A stretch of DNA of 64,000 nt from Leucoraja ocellata (Eukaryota). Positions 41,901 through 53,900 of the stretch are shown one piece after another. Below the pieces are notes generated by a model. The model ran no database searches and was not told where the DNA came from. It was given only the letters and a program-made list of their open reading frames with translations. The stretch covers positions 7,626,001 through 7,690,000 of the forward strand of contig JAWMAR010000030.1 in NCBI GenBank assembly GCA_036785375.1. The letters are read 5' to 3'. Every line of letters starts with the position of its first letter. The first letter of the stretch is position 1. A program made the position numbers and the translations under genes.

Positions 41901-44900
41901 ATGATACTACTTGTATCTATTACTCTGCTTAATTACCTATTTGGACTGAAATAATAAAATCAGCAGTCCAGATTGCTCCTACCCGAACCATCCAAAGGAC
42001 CAGGGCTGCAAGGTCTAGCCTGCATCACCATTTAGCATGAGACAATGATGGGAGGATCACAAAGGCAGGAGATAGACACAAAATGCTGGTATAACTCAGC
42101 GGGACAGGCAGCATCTCTGGATAGAAGGAATGGCTGGTGTTTCAGGTCGAGAGCCTTCTTCTTGACCCATTCCTTCTCTCCAGAGATGCTGTCTGTTTTA
42201 CTGAGTTACTCCATCATTTTATATCTATCTTCGGTATAAACTAGCATCTGCATTTCTTTCCTACACAAAGGGTAGGAGATGTGATTTAAGGAAATAGACA
42301 CATCCTACCCACCTTAATTCCGTCTCTTCCAGGTTGTCCACCGTCTCCGGATTTTCCCTGAAAATAGAAATTCTGTGGTTATTTGTGGCCAGAATGTTTG
42401 TTTCATGCGATTGCCATGTATTGAGGTGAGAGGCAAGGGCTGGCTAATGTTACTGTCACAGGGACAAAAGCTTTCATCCTTTCATGATGGCCATGGTTGT
42501 AATCCATGATATGGACCACAATCAACCTGTGCTCTCTTGCTTTCTCATTCTAGTATGACAAAATGTGTTTTGTATTTGTATATAGGCTTTAATCCTGTAA
42601 AATGCCCCAAAGTAGTACAGACAAGCTGGATGAGCTTGTCCCTCACAGCTCCAGTGACTTAGGATGTTGGGCACTATCAGTGTGGAGTTTGTACACTATC
42701 CCTGTGACTATATGGCTTTCCTCTGGGTACACTGATTTCCTACCATCTCCCAAAGCATACGGGGGTCAGTGGGCTCAATAGCCATGGGGAATTGCCCAGT
42801 GTGTAAGTGAAGGGGAGCAGGGGGAGGTTGATGGGAATGTGAAGGGAATGGGTTGTTGGGAAAGTTTGTGGGGAATGGGATTGCCCTGAGAGCCGGAATT
42901 GATTTGCAGCACTGAAATGGTCGCCTCGAATCCTATGGAATTATGGAAATAGGGAAAGGACTGGAATGGGAAGCATTTTCTTAACCCAAGACAGTACACC
43001 CAATGGCGGAGAGTGAAGTTTCAGAAGCAGAGGCTCACAGAGACAGGATGGAGTGATTACAACTGCAGATAGTCATGTGGCTGAAACAGAAAGTGTACAG
43101 ACTGTAGGGTTGACGATCACAGTAGAGGGTTGGGGAGCATTGATGTTTAGTTAAGAATAAGAATTTGCATTGTTGAAGTATTAATGGAGGAGAACCAATG
43201 TAGGTCAGGAGCCGAAGACAGACACAAAAAGCTGGAGTAACTCAACGGGACAGGCAGTATCTCTGGAGAGAAGGAATGGGTGATGTTTCGGGTTGAGACA
43301 CTTCTTCAGACAGGAGCAGATGGCGCTATTTTTGCAACAGTACAGGGAGACACAATGGTGTAATGTCACAGCGCCAGAGACACGGGTTCGATCCTGACCA
43401 TGTGTGCTGTCTGTGTGGACATTGTATGTTCTCCGTGTGACCATGTGGGTTTTCTCTGGGTGCTCCGGTTTCCTCCCACATTCCAAAGACGTGCAGGTTT
43501 CTAGGTTAATGTGCTTCTGTAAATTGGCTCTAGTGTGGAGGATGTGAAAATGGGATAACATAGAACTAATGTATGTGTGATTGATGGCTGGCATAGACTC
43601 AGTGGGCTGAAGTGCCTGTTTCCATCCTAGATCTCCAAAATAAACTAAGTGCGCGCCGGTACATTTAAAAGGTTAACCGAGATTGTTTGTTTTTCCAGGC
43701 ACATGACACTTATGTTTAGTAATCATGCATACCAGCGTTTTATTGTGTATAAAAAAACACTGCAGTTGGGCTGCCTTTCCTAACCAAGTCTACAAATGCA
43801 AAATGCAGAAGGTTAAGGAGAAGCTGCTGGGATTGATATCATGAAAGCTGCATCCAAGCCAGCAACGGCCTGTCCCAATCTGAACCCGAGTCATGCAGGA
43901 GAAACAAGGAATCTGCCATTTCATGATCTTTCCGATTGTAACCAGGAATCTGACACTTTTTCAGTTCCTGACTGGAAACAATCAGTTTCGTGTGGGGTGA
44001 AGGAAGTTGATCAATTTTGTCCAAACATAACTACCAGTCTGACCCACTACTTCTGATGTAAAGCACTAATCAATCCAGCTTTGCAATATAACTTCAAGCA
44101 ACTATGGTCGGTGATGGATAACATCCAATGACTCATTAAAAAGCGGCCAATTTCTTAAATGTCTTGGCCCTAAATTTGGCCATGGTACACCAATTGAAGA
44201 AATGCTATTGCACTTCTGAAGGCACACTGCCCTGGATTTTTGGAGCAGTTGAATCATCTATTTAACTAAAGGAAGAATGCAGTCATGAATTTGAAGGAAA
44301 CTTGTTGAGTCTCACTCTGTCAGTGGCTCCCCATGAACACAGACTCTGCAAAGCTCAATAACAAACCCCCAGTGCCAGCAAATGTTATTCTGTTGGACCT
44401 GAACCATTTTAGCACAAATGTCCATCTCCCGATTCTGTACTTTGTTGCCCGAGCAAACATGCCCTAGCAAACGTAGCAAAAATGTAACTCAGGTAGTTCA
44501 TGTCTGTCAGTGCCTGTGAAGCATTGCATCTGTTCTGTAATTAGCACACTGAGTACTCTTTGACACTGCTGAAATAATTGTGTTTGCAAAGCCTCACAAC
44601 ATCCTGGGTTTAGGCATTGGGACAATACAAACAGGAAGAAATGTAAATGAAGATTAATTCTTAATTCCATTGTCACATGGCTGCTTGGCAAATGACAAAG
44701 TTCCAGAAGTCCGCAGGAGAACGAAAAGTCAAGTCAAGTCACATTTATTTATATAGCACATTTAAAAAACGACTCTCGTTGGCCAAAGTGCTTTACATTG
44801 GTATAAGAATAGTATAACAAACAAATTACATACATATAGCCCTGGCTCAGAGGACGTCAAGAAAGGCTTGGGAGTACAGATGAGTTTTTAGTCTCGACTT

Positions 44901-47900
44901 AAAGGAGTCGATGGAGGGGGCAGTTCTGATGGGAAGAGGGATGTTGTTCTACAGTCTAGGAGCTGCAACCGCAAAGGCGCGGTCGCCCCTGAGCTTATAC
45001 CTAGACCGCGGGATGTTCAGCAACCCCAAGTCGGCCGATCTGAGGGACCTGGAGGTGGTGTGGTGGGTGAGCAGACTTTTAATGTAGTTGGGGGCAAGCC
45101 CATTGAGGGCTTTGCAGACATTTGTAGAAAAACGATCAAAGCCAAAACTTACCGGTAAACCGTCAGCCCCTGATTTTCCTGAATCCCCTGGAGGTCCTTT
45201 TGGGCCCGGAGGTCCAGGTGGTCCTGGGGAGCAGTTTGCTTGTCCTTGTTCACCCTGGGATTGAAACAACCACCATTAGAATCCACAAAGGCAGTGAGTG
45301 CAACTTCCAACAACTAGCTTGCTTTGTCAATTCAAGGAGTAAGTCATTAATATGATGCAGAGCAGCCAATAAGCATACTGCATGACCAAAGAATGGGTTA
45401 TTAGAGGTGGGAGGAATGAATACAGAGCAGAATAAAGTGGGGCCTAGTCACAGAAAAGGCATTTACCTTGAGATAGAGACGTCTGATGATCTGGTCAGCA
45501 GGTGGTAGTATATTCAGTCGAGGTGTTGTAAACTGAACAGGCGTAAGCCAGAGTTCACGGATCAGTACAAAACCAAAGGTCAAGAGATGGTATGTTTGGT
45601 TTGGAAGGGAAAGGGGTAAATAGAGGAGGGAGGGAGGAGGGAAAAAGAGAAGAATGTTGAGAAAAAGCAGCAGAGCTCAGTCACAGAGCGAAAGCCAGCA
45701 ACAAAAATATTTATAAGTGGGCGTACAGTTGGTGAAAGGAAAATAAATCTAAAACCTTTCATCATTTGCCAAATATTACAGCAAAAACAAACTTACAAAT
45801 TAAAACACTAAAACAATTTTTGTTTCACCAAAGGACTGCCCTCAGTATTAGTTGCTGGCTTTAGTAAAGAATATTTGGATCCAGTCTTATAACAAAGTGA
45901 ACAAGGTTTTGTGTTCTAGAAATGTCACCTGCCATTGGTATCATGGAATTCTCCCAATTAAAAGTGAACTCCACTCATTAATAGGGTTGCCAAACCTATA
46001 GGACTGTCCAGCAATTTAAGATCAATTTCTTAGATGCTGCTAGTAGTAAAATCCCAGGAAGAATAAAATCACCGGGGTGTGAAAATACAATTATTCCTTT
46101 AAAAAAATTGGTTGCTCTGAAAAAAAATACAGGATTGGACCTGGATTTAGTGACTAAAGATTAGTCAAACATCATTCAATTGAGCAGTGGAAGTATATTT
46201 TCCTTTCCAAAGTGGCCTTGGAAAAATCAATCACTGATAAGATGGATATGATTTTCTTTCTTAAACAGATGTATATGATGGGCTGCTTATAGTGGGGGGA
46301 ATGGGAGCAGCATAACATAACCAGGTGTCCATGTAATGAACCTTCTAAGAGTATGTAAAAACTAGTTGGTCAAATCAATGAGACTACATCAACATGCTAG
46401 GCAAGTATAATATGTAATATTATACACGTATAATGGATTAATATCCAATCAGTGCTGGAAATAGATTTTTGTTGCATATTGCTTCACAAATCTAGCCAGT
46501 TGCAAAACCAATTTCAGGCTGTTTTCTAGGAACACAAGTCACTCTGTTGTAAGATGGACCATAATGACAGTGAAAGCACTCACAAACCTTCACAGTCAGG
46601 ATCTGATTTAGCCGCAGTGCTGCTAGTGAAGTCCCAGGGAACTCCTACAGAATGTAACATAGAAACTAAGTGATTCTATCCAAGGGGCAGACAGAATCCG
46701 TTCAATACATATGGCTCAGAGAGTAGCTCTCTTATCTCTGTCAGGTTATTGGTGGTTATCCCACTCAACAGGATGAAGCACAAACATTTACAATGCACTG
46801 AGGTACTAAGTGAGAACTGCATTGTCAGTGGTGATTTATTTCAGACGATATGTTACTCGTTTGTCCTCTTGGTTGGTGTGAAAGAGCTTGTGAAACTATA
46901 TTGAGGAAGAGCAATGTCCAGGCCAATTTTCTTCGCTCACCTCGGAGAAAAATGATCACTTTGCTGTTTGTGGAAGCTTGTGATATGTAATTGCAAATGC
47001 TGCACCGTTTATAATGTTAAAAGTACTTAGTGCTCCTATATCCTCCCACATCCCAATGGCATGTTGGTAGTTTATTTGGTGACTATACATTAACTGTTAT
47101 TGTTGTGTAATGCCAAAACAAGTCAAAGGGGAATTGATGGGCATGTGTGAGAGGGAAAAGTTTGGAGAGCAATCAGGAAAATAAGGAGATGGAGAATTTG
47201 ACTGATGGAATGGTCTAATGGGAACCAGTATGGGCTTGATGCACCAAAATAAACTAATTATGCATTGTTATAAGTATAAGATGAAAATCACTTTTAGACA
47301 TTATATGAATGAAAAGTGATAGGAATATTTTACTTTAATATAGCCACTTGTTTTTATTTAAAGTTACCCAATTACCCTCAATGCCCATAGAGATATTTTT
47401 AATGTTCCTTGTAATAATCTCCTTTTCGCGAAGTATGGGTGCTTGTGACAGATATAGGGGTAAAGAGTTCTTCAAATACCTAAGGCTGGTTTCATTATAA
47501 ATGGGTAGAAATGCAAAATGAAGGATTTCAAATATGAATAGCTTTGAAAGTGATTGACCAAGTCTTAAAAAAAAAAAAGATTTTGTTGTCCTACCCATAT
47601 GCCAAACCTACCCAAAACAAAGATCAGGGAGTCAGATGCATGCTTCCATTTCTATACCATCCATATTAATGAACCAAATAACATGGGGAAGTGCAGAGCC
47701 ACTCTTGCAAACCAATTACTGTTGCAGAACAATATTTCCTGGGACATTTTGACTTAAACAGTATAATCGCCACTGAATAATGAACTTGAGAGATCATCTT
47801 GAGAGAACACATAATCTATCGCTCAACCTAATTATGCGAAATGAAGCTAATCAAAATGTTTTAACAAAAATACAGAATATATCTTTACTCAAACAGGAAG

Positions 47901-50900
47901 GAAAAATATAGATAGCAGAGAGGAATTTAAGGAAGATCGTCACAAAGGAATGTTTAGAATTTTGACACAGATCGGGAAGGAACTTTGGGAGAGTTTATTA
48001 TCTCCATGGTGTTAGAGTAGCAATTGCCTCTCCAGCGCCTATTGTAATGACAAAGTTTGGGCATTTAAAAAAAAATACAGAAAAACTCCTAAACTTAATA
48101 CTGCTAAAGCCCATGTCCCACTGTACGAGGTGATTCACGAGTTCGCCCAAGTTTTTTCCTAATTTGAACTCGGAGAATGTGCGTAGGGAGTTCGTGGATG
48201 TCTCGTAGCAGCTGGTAATGCTAACGGTAGGTACTCGGAACATCCAGTAAACTCGTGATGTTTTTTCATCAGTGTAAAAAATGTCCACGAGTAAAAAAAT
48301 ACTCGTGATAAAAAAATCTTTTACTTTTTACTCGTAAGAGCCGCTACGAGACATCCACAAACTCCTACGGACCCGCTACGGACATTCTCTGATCAGGGGA
48401 AAACTCAGGAGAACTCGTGAATTACCTCGTACAGTGGGACAGGGGCTTAAGTTATTTCCAAAAAAATAGAAAAAGCTTCATGCAGCATTTCTTAGATTGC
48501 ATTGTTACTGTGAGGGTGACAGGATAGATTCTGACTGCTTGGATTCAGTAAGATCTTTTCCTCCAACACCATTCTCCTTCGTTATTTCTATATCCCTTGA
48601 GTTCTCTCAATAGCTAAAGAATGATTGGTCTCCTCCATGGGAGGACCAGGAAAGGACATGGAAGGGAGATGCAATTTGATGTTCCTGGAGAGTGATTAAG
48701 CCAACACATTCATAAATGTTGCCAAATGCAACCATTACACAAATCATTTATTTGGAAGCATGCTTCGGAAACCCAACCATCCATGTTAATGGTCAAAGCA
48801 CAATGAGAAATATGGCCCTCCCCCTCAAAAAGAGATTGCTGGGAAATTGACTGCTGTTCCATTCCACATAACTATACATATTGGAACATGAATTCTGAAG
48901 ATCCATGCAATTGAGCAACAGCAAGTTTAAAATATGTTTTTTATAAACCAGATCGACTCTTGGGAGAGCGAGTTTTTGAGGTGAGAGTAAACAGACTGGA
49001 TCTTCACTCCTAAGAGTTTAGCAGGATGAGAGGTGACCTCATCGAAATGTACAGCAACTTTGCAATGTCGATGCAGAGTCATTGGTAACTGGAGCTAGCG
49101 ATCACATTCTCACAATAAGGGGTTAGCCATTGAAGAGAGGGAAGAGAAGAAATGTCTTCACCCAGTGGGTGGTGACATTTTGAAATTCTCCACCAGAGAT
49201 GACTATGGAGCATCAGTCATTGTGAACTGTATATTCAAGTCAGAGATCTATGGGATTTTAGATATTAAAGGAATCAAATGATGTGGGACTAGTGAGGGAA
49301 AGTAGTGCTTTAGAAGTTTAAATATTCTTATTGAGCAGATACAAATGGCGAGTGGCTCACTCCTTCTGTTTCCTATCTCATGCTCCCCTATAAGTATTTC
49401 AAGTCTTGACCTGAAACATCACCTACCCATGCTCTCCAGAGATGTGAGCTGACCTGCTGAGTTATGCCAGCACTTTGTGCCATTTTTGTTTGTAAATCAG
49501 CATTTTAGGTCCTTATGTCTATATTCAATGTAATAGTCATCATCACTGCATCAATTATGGAAGAGGAGTCAGAATTATGGCCTTGAATGGTCACTATTCT
49601 AAGGCATTGTAAAACAACAGTATGACTAAACCATTCCACAGTGTGTGCTAAACAAATCCACTTTAACTGATTTAAATTCCCTTGAGATTGAAAAAAAAGC
49701 AACAATCTACCCCTGTGAACAGAAGTTCTACAATCTTTGTTATCAAAGCAGCCAGACATGCCAGGATTTTACAGTCTGGGGTTAATTTAGACGACTTTCT
49801 AGATGTCCTGGTAATAGGTCTGTACAGGATCATGAGATGTGATACAATTCTTTTGGCTATCAAACAATCTATGATGTAACCTTCCGAAAAGACTGCTGAT
49901 TTTGCTACATCTACAAAAGCTGAGATGAGCAATAAACAGCTCATTTATGAATATTGGAGGCATGGTTCCAACAGATAAAATACGAAATTGCTTAGATAAT
50001 AAACATTTATAAGTTCTGATAATATTTTTATCTGTCACTTTAGTACAAACCTAGAAATAAATATGTTTGGTGAACATTGAATACAAATATCACCAGTCAT
50101 ACTAAATAAGGGGGTTTCCAATAATAACAATTAGTCAAATAACAATGGGAAAAGATAAAATTCAACGTTTAATTATTGTTACAGGATTGGTAGTGCTATT
50201 TCATTTAAAAACCCAAAGGAATCTTTTCAGTTTGTAATTGTAGTTTGGAGACCAATGTTTACGCAACCTTCCATTTTAAGGTCTTAGTTATAATCTCAAA
50301 GCAGCATATAGTTTAATTCCTCACCAGCCACCAATAAAGTGAAACGATTATGTCAAGCCCGTTTAGGAAAGGGGACTGAGAACATGGGGACTCCTCTGTC
50401 ACAGATGAACATGGCTGCCGGACTTTAAGTTAGATTTGAGATTCAGTTTTAATCAATTCCCATAAGGAGGATTAAACAAATTGAAGCCAAGTGGTATACA
50501 GCCACCAGGCAGTTTCTGTATCAGATACCCAGACCCACATTATTTTATACCATGGTTTAACAAACTGTATATGTGGAATTTGCAAACATTGGTAGGGCAG
50601 GATAACAGTACAGGTTGTTAGGGAGTAAAATAAAAACAATGGCCAATATCAGGGCTGTAGGAAAATCTGAATATTTCTTTACTTGTATTTGTAAATGGAA
50701 TGTTGATAAGTCCTGACCCTGCAAAAATGTCATTATTTTTCATTGTGCATTGTGTACTGTGGAAATAAGAATGCTTTATCCTCAAATGTCCCAATCTGAT
50801 GTTAAACTATGAGTGACCATGTTTTCACGTGTAAATATTTGTCCAGAGACCTGTCTCAGGAAGTGAAAGTGTAGAATGGAACTGCAGATGCTGGTTATAC

Positions 50901-53900
50901 ACCGAAGATAGATACAAAATGTTGGAGTAACTCAGCGGGACAGGCAGCATCTCTGGATAGGAGGAGTGGGTGACGTTTCTGGACGAGACCCTTATTCAGA
51001 CTAGGGTCGAAGACCTTAAAGAAAGGTCTCGACGCGAAACGTCATCCATTCCTTCTATCCAGGGATGCTGCCTGTTCCCGCTGAGTTACTCCAGCATTTT
51101 GTTTCTATATTCAGTGGGGAATGAGGGATCAGAGTGATCATGCAGAAACCACAACTGTAATGTCTTTACCCAGAGAATAATTACATTCAATTTAATTATT
51201 TTAGAAAAAATGAAAATCAGCGGACGTATAAAGCAGAGACTGTTGTAGTTACCATGTTGAAACATGCACCAGATTGTTTAATGGTTTATTAAATGGACAT
51301 GCCAACACCAGTGTGATATGGCTGCGTTCTCGAGATCTATATTGTAGATGTGATCACTAGAGGGATGCTCGTATCAAAATGTAACTTAATTTGGGGGCTC
51401 TGGATTGATTTTACGAAACAAATTAATTATTTTAATGATCGCCAACGGCTTTCACTAAGATTGAAAATAATTGCAATGTGAGAAAAACACAGTAAATGTT
51501 TTCAGTAAAACTGGTATTTCAATAATAAAAGTGAGTCAAACTGAATTATGGAGAAAGTTAATTCAGAAAGCGTTAAATCAAAGGGAATGGATGGAATGAA
51601 ACACCATTAATTACATTCTTGAACCGTTAAAATTGAAATTATAGCCATATTTAAGGACTAACTTTGCATTCCTCCCCCTTGCTAGAGAATATATAAACTC
51701 ATTATATGACCTTTTACGTACATGGCTATGAAAACAGACTTTTCAAGAAATATTACTTACAGTCAATGCTGAATCTCCACGTTGACCCTAGGAAATGACA
51801 GAATAATCATATTTGAGTTTGCATTTAGTTTATTATTATGTGTACCAATTAACAGTGACATTTTTTGTTGTGTGCTAACCAGTCAGTGGAAAGACAATAC
51901 ATGATTACAATCGAGCCATTCTTCTTTATGTTCTCAGTTAGTTTTATATCTTCTCTCAGTTTTGCAAACAAATAGTTAACACATTGGAACTTTTTACTTA
52001 ACATTGGTAAAATTTGTAAACTGTGAGCTCTCACCTTGTCTCCTTTTGCACCATGTAGACCCTGTGCAAACATAAACAGTGAGCCATATCCAAAACCACC
52101 TCACTATATCAAAATTACATCTTTAAAGTTCAACTCAGCATTACGATGGTTATAAAGAATGGAACATAAGAATTCAGAACATAAATACATATCTTATGAT
52201 ATCTTGTTTTATATTTACAATAAGAGTATATATTGACATTGACCTAGAGTCTCTCTGTTAGACATCTCATCATAAGCAACGGCAAACAGCAAAACTTCAA
52301 GTAATATTCAGTAAAGCTTCAAGTAATATTCAGTATATTTCAAGTAATAAAATGAAGCTCATGCAAATATATATTAATGCCAGCAAAAAAATGTAATGTC
52401 TCAAAAATATCCATTGACTTGGCCTCCGGTGTATATGCAATGAATTCCACAGATTCAACAGCCTCTGACTAAAGAAATTCCTCCTCATCTCCTTTCTAAA
52501 GGTACGCCCTCTTATTCCGAGGCTATGGGCTCTGGTCCTAGACTATCCCACTAGCGGAAACATCCTCTCCACATTCACTCTATCAGGTCTTTCTTTTGGG
52601 TGATTGGTGGACTGACGTTGGTGAATAAAACCCTACACAGCATTGCTTACTGTTCTGGGTGAGCACTGGAGTTGTGCTGTGAATCTGCACAATGCTTAGG
52701 CCGTGTGTGAGGCTGCCCTGATTATGTTACGGCACAGTTTTGAAAGGGAAGGTAACATGCTTGTGAGGAAAGGTATCTTCCGTGGACAATCGAGTAAATT
52801 GTGCTTGTAGCGGCCAGAAATGCCAAACAGGTCAATATCCTTGAAATCCAGAAACATAGCAAAAGGCACCTTTTTTTTCTTTAGGGAAGTGTTAGATTCA
52901 GTGCTACCTGAAGAAATACATAGGCAAACCTTCTCTTAATATTATGAGTGGGTTATTCTTTGCCATGGAATCTATTCAGTTGATCATTTCCTTCTCCCTT
53001 CCCATCAATCCAAGATTCCTGCAACCCCTAACACTAACCTCACATCTTTCTCTACTTCTCCCACTCCCTTTGATCCTCCAGCAGTAGTTCTTGGAAGAAC
53101 ATTTATTCTCCCCTCGTGTCATTTTTCCCATCTGTTCCTGTTCTTATAAAACCTTTCACTCACAGTCTTCTTTCTAGTAACTTAGCGGGCAGTAATTGAC
53201 TATTTTATTCCTCGTGTTTAAAAGAAATTTGATCTGTTGGGCAGCTGAACTGGCCTCCGACAAAAGAAGCAAAAATAAATAGTATTAGTTCGAACAGCAG
53301 CACTGGGCCAGCATTTTAAATACACACAAACAAAAAAAACCCTCAAAACCAGTCCCCTCAGGAGCTATACAACACGTTCAAATTAGGCTGAAAGATTAAA
53401 CGGTCCCAACCCTATAATTATGCATTCATTACAATAGATTTGAAAGGATTGAATGGCAATATTAAAGCTGGAGTAAGGAGTTTGAAAAAGTAATCCAATG
53501 AACTTGCAATGCACACTGAAACCAGACCAGTTAGTTTGTCCTTGTATACTATTATGCCAGTGTAAAACCTTTGATGATTAATTCATTCAAAGCGTCCAGT
53601 TAGCTACCTGAGATTCACCAATAAATATTCAACTTGGTTGTCAGAGACTGCACACTTCAAAAGCTGCCGCCAGTGTACGTGATTTGTTTTCAGATCATGT
53701 GACTTTCAGCATCAGAATTGTGACTTTCAGATCTTAAAATATGTCAGGAAATAATTTTGTAATGAAGGTTGCCAAAGGCCAGGAATAATCTCATCAACCA
53801 GGAGAAGGGAATGTTCGAATAAAATGCAATCAACCCTGCTCCACATTTTCAGGGTTGGGATTGGTAAATTTATCCACAAAGTTACACTTCATCCAATATC

